64,000 nt of DNA from Antedon mediterranea (lineage: Eukaryota > Animalia > Echinodermata). This document shows positions 1 through 13,112 of this stretch, one piece after another; the first letter of the stretch is position 1; each line of letters begins with the position of its first letter. Below the pieces are notes generated by a model that saw nothing but the letters and a program-made list of their open reading frames with translations, searched no databases and was not told where the DNA came from. Location of the stretch: NCBI RefSeq assembly GCF_964355755.1, contig NC_092680.1, positions 4,836,001 through 4,900,000 on the forward strand, given 5' to 3'. The position numbers were made by a program, and so were the translations under genes.

Positions 1-1125
1 GGTCTCAAAAAAATGTAACAGTTGATTCGCAGCGTTTTACAGAGGGCCGCGGTTAGAGACATGGAGTTCAATGAACGTGTTTGTTTGATTGGCAGCAGTG
101 CTTTAGTATAGGCAAGCGCGTTGTAAAATCGTTTGATGTCACCGTCGATGCATATCCTTCTATTCTTTAATCCATGATTCACGTGATTGCCTTCGCGCAC
201 TCTTCTTCACACAAAATGTGTCGAGTCGAGGCTATCGACAGCTAGGCAAGTACGGCAAGACATTAAACTAAGTAGTAATTCATTGGACATAGCCCAAAGA
301 AAGCTTAGACCCACAAGAATAAAGAATGTGTATAATTTGTGTACTGTATTTTTTAAATTCTGCTATTTTATTATCAAACAATATGCATGTACTCAAAGGA
401 ACTTTAAAAATGCGCGTATATGAACACATGAGATGGGAAGATTTGACCCACGAGAATAAAAATGTATTTTTGTGTAATGTTTATTGTTTAATTTTGCTGA
501 CTTATTACTCGGATTGTGTCATACCAAAGATAGTGTAACTATCTTTGGTCACAATCCGAGTACAGTAATTGTAATATATATACCTAATACACACACACCC
601 ACACAGCTACTACTAGAATAGACATGGGTTTAGAGACAATAATTAGGCCTAATAGTATTAATAGAAACTATGGTTTTAACACGTAATTCTTTAGTAAAAA
701 ATTATATTAAAAACACCATAAACTAAAGGCTGATTATTTCGACAATCCACACAAAACGCCGCTATTCTTCTATGAAATCGCACGCCGCAACAACAGCGGA
801 GATAGGCCTAGAATCGTACCGCACTTGTGTAATCACTTCTTGTTGCTATACGCTTGGGTGCACACGGAACAAGACAATTTAACTGATGAATTATTCATGT
901 TTATTTTGTGACGTTTCATGAGGGAGTCCCCAACTTATGTACGAAAAAAAAAATCGCGGCCGGGGTGGGGATGGAGACAAGGATTAAAGAGACGTTAAAT
1001 GGCACATTGTGTCGTAGAATTCTAAATACAAACACAAAATAACAATTCGATAAATACTTTGTGTTTGCTAAATTTTATTGTAGTTCATAATGATATCTAA
1101 CAATAAAGATATGCCTAAACTACAG

Positions 1126-1456
1126 TACTGATGTTGTGATGGTCTTCACATACATCTATGCAACGTATTCACGTTTAGTAGTGGTCGTAGTAGTGACTAC
1201 ATGATTGGAATCGTTATCGGTATATGTTGTGGTCGTTGAGGATGATGACGACGATGATGATGGACGACCTTTTCGTAGTTCTATCTCTACTGATGTTGTG
1301 ATGGTCTTCACATACATCTATGCAACGTATTCACGTTTAGTAGTGGTCGTAGTAGTGACTACAGGATTGGAATCGTTATCGGAATATGTTGTGGTCGTTG
1401 AAGATGATGACGATGATGATGATGATGATGATGACGACCTTTTCGTAGGTCTATCT
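1126..1456. repeat. 162-bp-period tandem duplication of the Ser/Thr tail, stop codon and start of 3' UTR
   Basis: tactgatgttgtgatggtcttcacatacatctatgcaacg... at 1126 and at 1288; minus-strand stops at 1156 and 1318. Confidence 0.9.
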
Positions 1457-2262
1457 TGATTTTTAACATATCGACCTCGATCTAAAGTATACACCTTTCC
1501 ATTGCGTTTGTAGCGCCGAACAATGCTCCATTTGTGTCCATAGTAAACGTATAAAACGTGGCCACGATACCTGTAACTAACACAACATCGACGTACAACC
1601 ATACGCCCGCGTCGGATCACCAAATAACAGCGGTTTCCCCTCCATTGTATTTGATATCGTCGGCTACGTTCCTTACGCATACGTGACCGCATTTGTCGTC
1701 TTCTAGAATGGTAACGTTCTTTTTGGCAACGATAACGTGGACGGGTAGTAGGTCTAGGTCGATTTTTAACATATCGACCTCGATATAAAGTATACACTTT
1801 TCCATTGCGGCTGTAGCGTTGAACAATGCTCCATTTGTGTCCATAGTAAACGTATAACACGTGGCCACGATACCTGTAACTAACACAACATCGACGTACA
1901 ACCATACGGCCGTGTCGGATCACCAAATAACAGCGGTTTCCCCTCCATTTTATTTGATATCGTTGGCTGCGCTGACATCGCATACGTCGCCGCATTCGTC
2001 GTCTTCTACGATGGTAACGTTTTTTTCGGCAGCAACATCGCCGTACTTTCTTCCTCCGTCTACAGCATAATTTGACTTTATCTGATGTCTCATCCGATAT
2101 GATAACATTTTGTGGACTAACATTCGATACGTGAACTTCTAAGTTGATATCAGGTCGTGAAACTGAAGTGATTTCATTTTTTTCGGTTTTGACAGCTTCT
2201 GAATCTCCTTTCACAGCTACCAAGAACAAGACAGACAACAGAACAACTCGAACCCACCACAT
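1318..2262 (-). CDS. Secreted highly cationic Arg/Tyr/Cys-rich protein (314 aa) with two 101-aa tandem repeats and Ser/Thr tail; unknown family
   Basis: Open frame from ATG 2262 (MWWVRVVLLSVLFLVAVKG, hydrophobic signal-peptide-like) to TAG 1318-1320; splice acceptor AG at 2268-2267 just upstream; 303-nt internal repeat keeps frame; AATAAA on minus strand at 1079-1074. Confidence 0.8.
   Translation of the reverse strand: MWWVRVVLLSVLFLVAVKGDSEAVKTEKNEITSVSRPDINLEVHVSNVSPQNVIISDETSDKVKLCCRRRKKVRRCCCRKKRYHRRRRRMRRRMRCQRSQRYQIKWRGNRCYLVIRHGRMVVRRCCVSYRYRGHVLYVYYGHKWSIVQRYSRNGKVYTLYRGRYVKNRPRPTTRPRYRCQKERYHSRRRQMRSRMRKERSRRYQIQWRGNRCYLVIRRGRMVVRRCCVSYRYRGHVLYVYYGHKWSIVRRYKRNGKVYTLDRGRYVKNQDRPTKRSSSSSSSSSSSSSTTTTYSDNDSNPVVTTTTTTKREYVA
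1458..2030. repeat. 303-bp coding tandem repeat (2 copies)
   Basis: gatttttaacatatcgacctcga at 1458 and 1761; caaataacagcggtttcccc at 1621 and 1924. Confidence 0.95.
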
Positions 2263-2450
2263 GATTCTGTTGAAAGACGACAAAAAGTAAAGAATTGAAA
2301 ACAAAAATTGTGCTTTATGTGTTCAGTGAAACGTTAAACAATATGTAAATAACGTAACAGTACGCTCGTTGTATCCAAAACAAGCTACCGATCTATAATA
2401 AAGACTACAAAAAGATCTGCTTCAATACGCTAGTTGTTATTTGATTATCT

Positions 2451-2810
2451 TAAAGATGTATTGTTCCCCTGCCTGATAAAATAATTATTTACATTTTTTT
2501 TGTTGAGTATGCCATTTCATATACTGTAATAGTTATCCACTTTGACCAAAAATTAGATCGAACAAAAATGTGTTTACCTGAAAAAACCGTAAATTAAAGC
2601 AAAAAATACTCAAATATTGGCTGCCAGCCAATGGATTTTTGGGTGAATTTAACCATTTATTTTGTCATTTTATATGGGAAAACATTTTTTCCGGTTTTTT
2701 TCCCACGGAAGTGGTTAACTTTATTAAAACTAAAAAATAACCTATTCAAAGTCTGATTTAATTAATCTTAATTTTTCATGTTTTTGGGGACAATAGGCCT
2801 ACATCTTAAA
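2451..2810. mobile_element. MITE family B (about 350 bp, TIR aagatgtattg(t)ccc)
   Basis: Ends ttaaagatgtattgttcccc ... ggggacaata[ggccta]catcttaa; internal sequence aligns with 56500-56850. Confidence 0.75.
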
Positions 2811-3578
2811 CCAGCATATTCACCCGATTGAAAACTGCTCAAACTCAAAGAAACTCAAAAGAAAATACAATACATACCTTACAATGTCACTTTCCGCCAA
2901 AAGTGCACTCCAAAAACTGGTTGCAAGATGCGATCTTCTTTTTTTTTAAATAGCTTTTCAGTTGTTAATGTGCTGGCCCCATCATTTTGTTTAAAGTACC
3001 ATTAAGTGCCCTCAAAGTTGTTAAGTGTTTATATATGTTGGATGTTCAAAATCCACTTTTTAATTTAGGTATTAACAATAAATAATCTATTAAACTTTTA
3101 AAGCTGTATCTCCTTGACTGGTCATTCAATGTTAATTTTTCTATTGATTTTATTCTTTCTTTTATGTTGGAAGAAGTTGAAGTAGGCCTACCTTTAATTA
3201 TTATTGTTTATCAAAGCCATACGACATACCCCCCCCCCCCCCCACCTCCCTAGATCCGCACTTAAACCTCGAAATGTTATTATTTATTATCCATTCGGAT
3301 CCAATCTGGTCTGGGATGTTACAATTTTAGACGTTCAGTGGAATCGCTCTACTATACGGATCATAGGCCTAAGCTCTTCTCCCATATCTGCCACTTTCAA
3401 AATCACACGTAACAATATAATAATTCATAATCAAATATAATACTGATATGCCTTCTTAATAAATAGGTTTTATTAACAGTTTGATTTGATTTGATTAACC
3501 TATCAAACACAACGCAATCGCGATTAAACAAACATAAGCCTCTTCACCCAGAGGGAACCGGTGATCTTTATTACCCTT

Positions 3579-3610
3579 GTTGCTATGGCAACGACATCAA
3601 AATATATAAA
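3579..3610 (+). promoter_or_regulatory. RFX X-box (GTTGCTATGGCAAC) plus TATA-like box
   Basis: Near-perfect palindromic X-box 3579-3592, tatataaa 3603-3610, about 200 bp upstream of ATG 3799. Confidence 0.7.
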
Positions 3611-3798
3611 TACTGCGGTGGCGTTGTTGCGTATTAGAGACACGATGTATGTAGTTTACCGAAGGTCGATGTACGTTTAGTAAATGAAATTTATTCAGTG
3701 GACACGTACAATAGTATACAAGATATATTAGTGTAGTATTTTTCTGAATAGATCTGTATTTGACATTTTAGTTAGGAGTATATTGACTAACAATAATA

Positions 3799-6700
3799 AT
3801 GGGTTCTTGCTCATCGAGTACGAATACGACACCACAGACGAATGGCGCTCCGCAATCGAAACCCAAAGAAGCACCTCCTCCGGCTAAGCAGACAACCCCA
3901 CAATTAGAAGATAACAAACATATAGAAGAAGACACAGGATCAGGTAACATAATAACATTATTCAATGCTTTTACAATAGTTATTGTTATGGCCGACGTAT
4001 CAAAAAGATTACACAATCTGTTTTTGTGTGAGAATAAAATTATGTAGGCCAACATAAAGTTGTTCAGCTGGTGCGACGGCCTGTGCGTACTTAAGACGAA
4101 ATTGCCGTTCTCCGTGATATGTGTAAGCTTTGGGCCTAGGTATAATATCTCATGATTTTAGTAGTGCTACAGTTTATTGTTTTGTTTCTTCGTATTAAAA
4201 CCCTATTAATTCTCTAACAAAATTGATCTAAATTCATTACAAACCATTTTTTTTTCAATTTCAATTTCAATTTTACTTAAACTTTTTGTATTGTTTCATA
4301 AACACTGTATATTAGGCATATGGTAAAGAATAATAATATGCATTTATTTTAAAATATTATAACTTTTCATCATTTAATATTATATTTATCCTCTCATGTA
4401 ACTGAAATACACTTCTGTATGTACTAATCTCCAAAGTAACTATACTAAAAACAAAATGTATACAATGACGTCGAGATTTAAACACATACACAAAAAAAAA
4501 CTATTTACAGTTTAAAAAGATTTGAAAAGTTAACCATCGTTCTTATTTTATGTCATTGGGTAGAGAGTTCCATAGTTTAGTTGTGATCATAATAAATTTC
4601 TTTTATTCTTGAGAGATAATTTATACAAATTTAAAAAGTATATATTATATCTATTGGCATTTAAAAATCATTTATAAAAATAATACATTTTTTATAATAG
4701 TAGATCAGACCCAAATTGGATGACGTTATTTGTCTAGTCATACACAATGTTTGCGAAACCATAGTGAAATAGCTACATGGACTACAGTATTGTCTAAGTT
4801 AAAATTGTTTATAACACTGCAACGTATAATCAATGAATAGTAGTGATCATAGTGCGTAAAATAGATATTCATTCATGAATTCAATTTGGACTACGTCAAA
4901 GGTTCGATCACAACCTCCTACAGTGACCGTTTGTTAGGTGGCGTTGACAACGTAAAACTAGCACGGGTTACATCCATATGGAACTTGTTGACCGTTACTA
5001 TGGGAATATTCTTTATCCGTTCAACCATAAGGAAACAACAATACCATATTGAATTTATTCTATCTTAATTAATAGATCAATTTGTGTTTCCGTATTACAC
5101 AAGTTAATTTGAACTTGGTTATTATCATTTTATCAATAATTGAATATATTTAAAATGACCAATATTAAATGGAACTTAATTATATCAATTTTATAACTAC
5201 TAACTGTACTTTAAATAATTAACGTATTTGACATGTTTTTTAATGGATTTGATTTGACGTGTTATAAATTTATGACAAAAAACTTGCGCAATCAGAATTT
5301 CAATGTTTACCATCCTAGCAACTAGTCTGATGTACTGTTTAGTTATTAAATGCAGAAATAACCTTCGTAAAACAGAATAGAGACGTGGGTTTAAACAATG
5401 GTTTTATAAATCTACAACCAAAATTCGGTAGATTTTGCTAATATTCAGGAGATTAGACAAACATTTGGGAAGCTCTCAGAGAGAACATCCATAGAACCAT
5501 AAAGAAATAAAATATGAATAAATATTTATTTATTTAAATTGGTCATCACTTTTTTATCAGTAGCATATGGTCTTTGATCAAATCTGATTGATTATTTTGG
5601 GTTTTTTTTTAGCGAAATCATTATTTTTGTTAGCAAAATTGACCTGACTTTTAATTCAAACTAAAAAAAAGGCCTATTCAATATTTAATTTTATTCATCT
5701 TTATTCTTCATTTTTTGGAGGACAATAGAATGACATACACAATAAAATACAAGTGTATTATTAGGCCTACACAATGTACGAGAATAATTACTTTAATTAA
5801 TGTCTTCTTAACAATCTATTATTAATAATGGAGGATTATTCATAAAAGTATATAAAGCATTATTCTAATTTCGGCCTACTCTTTTTGGAGGTCAAAAGTC
5901 ATATTTTTCATTGTTATCTAACATCCTATTTATTTCTCACTAGGTTACTATCAATTTGTTTACCATTGTCATGGTGACCAAACTAATGTCAATAAACAGT
6001 ATAGTTATGTTTCTCAATACAGTTTTAGGATTGGTTGTAACAATGATAACCTAAAATTATTGTCTAATGAAAGTGTTTGATGTGTTCCATCGCTGTTTGT
6101 TCTTGAGTGACGAGACAAAATTTCATCTAACAATGAGTAAAACTGGCATAGGCCCCTTTTCAAATTTGTCATTGATGACATCTTTTGTTTTCACTCAATA
6201 GAGATATGAATTACTGTATTTGGTCTTCATAATGAAAAACAAGCCTCTTTGTAAACCACTAGAAAATTAAAAGCAATATTTGAAAAAACCTAGAAAAAAT
6301 ATTTATATTATTAGTCTAATCATTAAATATGTCGTATATTTTATATAAGCTTAGTTTGGTTTCTTTGTTTGTAAAAGACACATTTACTTTTAGAAATAAA
6401 TTATTATAATATCCACAAAAAAAATGTATGATAATGAATAAATTTAAAAAATGTATACTGTATATTCATTTTATTTATATACTGTAGAAGGAGGAAGGGG
6501 TGAGTGAAAAAAAGAAAGAAAAGAGCTTCTAGAAATTTGTTGGCTGGGTGAGGAGGACCATCTGACCCTTTCCTATCACCACCACGTTCAGAATCTTCCC
6601 CCGTTGAAGCAAAATAAAATGTTAAGGAGGTACTTACGATTAATAAGTTAATTACTTAACATGGTTTTATCAATAATAAGATAATTACTATAGTAACATT

Positions 6701-9700
6701 GTTCTTTGCATGGGGTAAAGTATGTAACTTATTTTAATACTAATTAATAATTCAAAGCCATTTAGACTTGTTATTGTACATTATTGATGAATATATAATA
6801 ATCAATGTTTACAAGAATAATAAGTTGATCTTTGTAAAAGCAAAATAAAAATTAATGTCATTGAATATTTCATAATAAATATGGATCTGTTTCTGCTGCA
6901 ATAGCGGCAAATAAGCCATTTATATTTCAAAATAGATTTAAAATGTAATTTTTATATCAACTGGATTTCTGCTAAATTTAAAATATAATTTCTGCTAAAT
7001 TTGTGCTCCTAAATAACTGTTTAAATCAATGTGTGGTGGTCGACAAAAATATAGCGTTGCCCAAAATGCAATAGGCTCAGCGGTAACGTACTGCAATACC
7101 CGTAAGTCATATTAAATATTATATTACAGTATGGTAAATTAAAGTTTTTATCATTTTAAAGTCATGAGTATGTGTTGATAGAAAAACATCATCACATTTT
7201 CGTGTGTTACAATATTAATCATTATTCGGAATAAAGCACATAATTAATATACTTAAATTAGGAATATACATATTGCTTTCAATGATTGTTTGTCAAAAAA
7301 AGACATGTTATCCTTTTCTTCTTTTTGTCTAAATTTGTCAGCTGGATTGATTGTTATACATGTTTTATGAGTTGTATAAACATATACTCTCATAACATTA
7401 AAGTGGGGTTCACATGGAACTATGTCTAGAAGAAGTGGATTTAATAATTTTCTACTAACTGGACTAACCTTGACATTCATGTGTTTTTTTTTCTCTCTTT
7501 ATAAAATGGTTGAAGTGGTTCATTAAAATTTAAAATCTGTCTTCACATGTTGTTTGCTGGTAATCATGGTAACAATTGTTTGAATGTTGGAGTAGCTCTC
7601 ATCTGTTTTTCAAGGTTGATTTTTTTTATGGTTAATGGACAACTCTCATTTACTTTATTCAAAAATGGTTGTAAATTTTAATCAATATCTGACATTTAAA
7701 GCCAGATTTTATTGAAAGTCATCGTCCTCGCATCTCAATTTACCAGCTTCAACTTTATTGCCAAAAAAAAACAATACATTTATCAGTACGGCAATAAGAG
7801 TTTTTAAAAAAGATTTCTCTGGTCCAGTAACAACAAATTAAAACAAAATGTGTTCAATGAAATTATTTTATAGTTTTATGTTTTTTTTCTGTGTTTCATC
7901 AATTTAATCTAGCATACACATATATAATGAAGTTTTATATGAATATATATCTCTTAAGCTCTGTCTACACTATCAAACTAGTTTGACAAAAAAGTGTGAT
8001 GTGCCCAAATATGGTACTGATATGACATCATCATGTCCATACATGGACACATCACATTTTTTGGTCACATAAAGTATGATAGTCTAGACAAAGTAATACA
8101 TTTTGTTACATTTTTTTTTTATATTTATGTGAATAATGCATAAATATCATAATTATCATGTTTTAAAATGTATTTTTAGTCCTGTAACTCGACGTACATT
8201 GTTTCCATAGTAAGTTTTGTTTAACAATTGGAACAAGTTGTCAATAATTATGTTAGTGCTTGTTGCTAGATAAGTTTGCAGAGCTCTGTTATTGTAGTTG
8301 TGTAGTAATTATTGATTTTTATTTTTCTAATTATATAAGTTGAATCTACTCTATAAATGCAGGCTATACATTATTATTAAAGTTAATTATGTATTGATCA
8401 ATTTCACCTACTTACAACTTGACATTTGAATTTATTTTATTGACAATAAAAATATAGTTTATATAACCAATTTTATCGTATTAAAGGACAACTTATCCAT
8501 AGTAGTATAGGTTTACCAACATGCATGGGAAAATCAGAAATCTTGGAATGGTTCCGATATCATATTTACACTTCTTATGTTAGTTACCAGTAAACCTGTC
8601 CTTTATGAGTTTAGTGCAATATTTAATTCAGTGTAAAATGTTGTTTAATATTCTCTTCTTCTTTTCCTTTATGATGTATTTGGATGATACACTTTGTATA
8701 GATCACTAGTTCATTATAATTTTAACCTTCCTACTATAAAATAATTAAATAACTTAATACGCAATTAGCCTAACAACATGATGGTAAAAGCAAATTGAAT
8801 ATATTATCATCCACCTTGCTGCTTTAATTGAGGTCACGCATTCATCATGTTTCCTGAAATTTTCATTATGCTTTGAATATAAATTTTTAAACAATTGTAC
8901 AATTCACTTTTTTAGCTCCACCAAAAGAAACAACCCCACCAAAAGAAGAAAAGAAAGATGATGAAAAGAAAGATGAAGAGAAACCAACAGAAGAAGCAAA
9001 AGTACAAGGTTGGATGATTACTGATTGAATATTTGTTCTGATAATGGATTAGGTTAAAATAATACCCAACTAAACAATAGAAGTGTAACTCAACAAAACA
9101 AATGAACAGTGAGTGCTGTTACAAATAAAAAATGATTAAAATAAAACCTGTTTGAAATTACAGTAAGCTGTGTAGACTACTATTTAATTAGTATACCTTT
9201 ATCCATGTGCAGCAACATAATTTAGAACAAAAATGTTCTTTTTTAGAACCTGAACCTTCTGTAGAGGCTGCACCAGCAGTAGTGGATTCAAAACCAGAAG
9301 AAGCAGCTGCAGAAGCTCCAGTATCAGAAGAACCAAAAGCAGAGGAAACACCGACTGAGACAGAAGCAAAACCAGAAGAAACAGAATCCAAACCAGAAGA
9401 AACGGAAGCAAAACCGGAAGAAACAGAATCAAAACCGGCTGAGTCAGCAGCTGAAGATCCACCAGCACCTGCTGAAGAAGCACAAGGAGCAGAGGAAACA
9501 GCAGCTGCAGAATCAACACCTGCAGAGGAAGCACCAGTATCGGAAGAAACACCAGCGTCAGAGGATAAACCAGCAACAGATGAAGCAAAAACAGACGAAA
9601 CACCAGCAGAAAATGCACCCTCACCACCTGGTAAGTAATTTTGATTTGACATTTAAAACATTCTTGTTTCATCCAAATTGTATTATTTAAGTGGTATATC

Positions 9701-12700
9701 TGTATAACAAAAAAACAGTCCTAGTTTCAGTTTGATAGTTTGGAATGTCTGGAGGAGGATCCAAGAGTAGCATGAGGAACGTGTGCTCTCCCTAAAATGA
9801 ACCGTTAAATGAAATACATTGTAATATCTATTTTTGACAGACTTGGATCCGCCATTGGAAGTGGTAATCATAGTTTTTGGTACATTTGACATTGATGGAG
9901 TCATGTACTATAGATTGTTATTGTTAATAAAATTGATATGGGTATAGTGTTCTATTATATGTTGAATTGTATACTTACAATAAATGTTAGATGATAATGT
10001 AGAAGATGTAGATGACACGTCACAAAGTGAACCACAATCTGAAGAAACTCATGTAGAAGAAACAACACAAGAGAATGCACAAATAGAAGCAGATTTAGAA
10101 GATACTCCAGCAGAGGAATCTACACAGCCTTCCGAGGAAGAAGAGAAACCTTCAGAAGAGACAACAGAAGAAACAGAGAAAACCGGAGAAACAACAGAAG
10201 CATTAGAATCTGCAGGAACAGAAAAGAAGGCTGAAGGTGATTGGAAACAGCACAAACTGCATGTCCTATAACATAGTGCTTTAACCAGTGTTTACTGTTC
10301 ACGTATAACATATTGTTTCACAATCATCTTTGTTTTATTCATAGATATCTTAACATGGTCTAATTTAACTTACTAAAATCCATCTTAGGTTTTGTAAAGT
10401 ATATTCTGATGTTTATTATTAACTCATGCAAGGCCTCATTGCATCTTATCACGACTCCTTGTAGGCACACTTTAAAGATAATGTGACTTTTAGGATATTT
10501 GTCATATTCTTTGTTAGGCCTACAGTCACAAACAGATAATATTTATTTTCCATAAGGTTTTTCTAATATAGCATTTATTAGTATGTGTAAATGTTTTCAT
10601 TCACCCATTCATTATTCCCATTCATAATATCCCATTCATTATTTCATCTATTCACTCCTTTCATTCACTCACAGTTTGATTGACTAACTAAAAATTCTAA
10701 TTTGACAGCACTAAAGAATGTGTTACAGATTTACTAATCGTTTGACATTTCACTAATTTATATTAATTATGACAACTACTATACGACTAACTACAGTATA
10801 CATTTATCAAGTCCAATTTCCATAATACATATCACCGTATATACTTTTCTTTGATGAAGTACCCCATCCTTCTATGTTCATGGCATGCTCCTGTCTTGAA
10901 CTCTGCCCTAAGGTCATTTTGGAAGACATCATTTCATTACATAAATATTCGTTATGACATCTTTGTTGTACATCACTATTATCGTGTTCTCAGATACTAC
11001 ATAATGTATGTAATTAGTACCGAACTGTCGATAAATAACAACGGTTTAGAAATACATGCAAACTACACACAATTACGATTTTGCCTACAATTATGGAAAA
11101 AACCCTGCTAAAATTCACAATGAAAACTTATAAAAACCACCATCCCACCACATTAATAATGATAGCATTTTTTTACATAATTTGTGTAACTACTTCAGAA
11201 TAATATATTGATACTAACTGTACTTAAAGACTATAAATGTAGTATTGTGAGATTAGTTTTCATTTGTTGCTTAGCTACTACAGTATAACAAAAGAAGACA
11301 ATGTTGTTGAATACAGACCTTTAGAATCATTGTGTAACAGATATCTTAAGAGATATTACTTGCATTACTTGCTATAAAGTTCGATAATCAATTACCAGTA
11401 TAGCATTAGTTGTTTTTTTAACTTTCGTTTGGCTTTCATTTTGAAATCAGGATCAGTGATTAGAATTGAATATTAATAACGATTACTTATTATCATTTTA
11501 TTGGCAAGGAATAATACCGCCAATAAGGTTGAACTCTACAGATAAAACATAGACCGATCTAATGCGAATAATATTTTCAAGAACTCAATACAACTACATG
11601 AGAATCATAGCAACAACAACGTACTCTGCACGGAGAGCGCGCACACGCATACTTTTCTATTTCACTGCTCTTGACTTTTGGGGTAGTTAAAAGAACAGAG
11701 ACAATTAATAAGACTATTGTTAATTAAATTCTTTTACAATATTATACCATACCAAACTGGCCATGGCAATAACACTACTATACACATATTTTGTTTTTAG
11801 TTCATGAAAAGCAACCAACTCACTAGAAAAAAAAAAGTGTGACGCATTTAATTTGATTAGAAAGAAAATTGTTTGTATAAAGTTATTTTGGACGTTATAT
11901 GATTATACAATGCTCAATTATTATCCATAATGGACTGATCCAGGTACGTGTTTATTATCTTGTTGCTACTAGCAACATAATATTGATTCCTCTTGGTAAA
12001 TAGGTTTACATGTTTCACGTGTAATAACCTATAGAGAAAAATGGCAATCTCTGTATAAAATCACTTTTTTACAAATAAGAAAAGGTGTTGTAGTTTGTAA
12101 GCTACTGTAACCTACCAGTATACAATTATATTGGACAAAATGACCAAATATCTTCCAAAACCCATAAAATGTGTACATATAAGATTTTAATTAGTTTTTA
12201 GAACACTAATCTATATAGAATTCATGCTAATCTTTCTAACAATTACCATGTAATAATTTGGTCACATCGTTGACTTGGTTTAAGTGCTGATAATTAAACC
12301 TATGAGAGATCGGATTCATCAATTAAGTTTACTTTAGGTTATACTTGGTAACCAAAGTGAGTAGGGATATAATACCAGAGAATTGGCAATTTTGCATGAG
12401 TATATACTGTATATCAGCATGGCCCATTTTGCATGAATTAATCCAAGTTTACTGGAGGTTCTACCTGGTAACCAAAGTGGATACGGGTATAATACCAACA
12501 TGGCCCATTTTGCATGAAATAATCCAAGTTTGCAGGAGATACTACCTAGTACGGTAACCAAAGTGGGTAGGGATAATATTATAATACCAGCATGAAATTT
12601 TGGTTGAGTTTGATATCACTAGATAACCTAAGATAACACCCCTATCAACATTACATACCATAGTTATTTACAGTGTGTTGCATGTAGAGTAATGGAAGCA

Positions 12701-13112
12701 TTTTAGAGTAATGGTTTAATTTATAGTTCACTTCACAAAGTGTTTTCATGATTATCAATTTTTCTATGACTTACTTTATGATCTTAAACAAACAAGGTAA
12801 TATTGGTGCATGATTTGAGGTAGTATCACTGTGTATGTTTATAATTGCATTTGTTTTTTACATAATTTATATTTATATATTTTTCCTAACTATTACAACA
12901 TTTTACTGAACAGTTTGTGTTAAGTTAACTTTTAGGTTGTAAATTTGCATCATAAGATGATGCATGTATTTTTACATATTTAATCTTGATATATTACAGT
13001 CAACACTTGGACTACTCTGCAATGTCTGACATTACAAATTCTTTTTGTTCAAATGTTTTAAATTTGTTTGGTTTTTTTTTTCGTTGCAGATGCCAAAGAA
13101 GAGGCAACATAA
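3799..13112 (+). CDS. N-myristoylated/palmitoylated, acidic Glu/Pro/Ala/Thr-rich disordered protein (about 296 aa; BASP1/GAP43/MARCKS-like composition only)
   Basis: Exons 3799-3943, 8916-9008, 9247-9630, 9991-10236, 13090-13112; all GT-AG and all phase 1, joining in frame (891 nt); N-terminus MGSCSSS; ends DAKEEAT*; AATAAA at 13735. Confidence 0.75.
7958..8090. mobile_element. MITE family A (PIF/Harbinger Tourist-like), copy
   Basis: agctctgtctacactatcaaact ... atagtctagaca ends; core gtgcccaaatatggt. Confidence 0.85.
12340..12592. repeat. Degenerate tandem repeat, 3 units (ggtaaccaaagtg...ataataccag...catggcccattttgcatgaa)
   Basis: ggtaaccaaagtg at 12347, 12467 and 12553. Confidence 0.8.

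Noticed and set aside
1205-1459. Plus-strand poly-Asp/Val ORF
   Set aside because: Antisense of the Ser/Thr tail; non-ATG start and no splice support
1318-2262. Protamine/sperm nuclear basic protein
   Set aside because: Arg/Cys clusters resemble protamines, but the signal peptide and aromatic-rich repeats argue for a secreted protein
9188-9672. Minus-strand ORFs of 154 and 157 aa
   Set aside because: Antisense shadows of the low-complexity Glu/Ala/Pro exon on the plus strand
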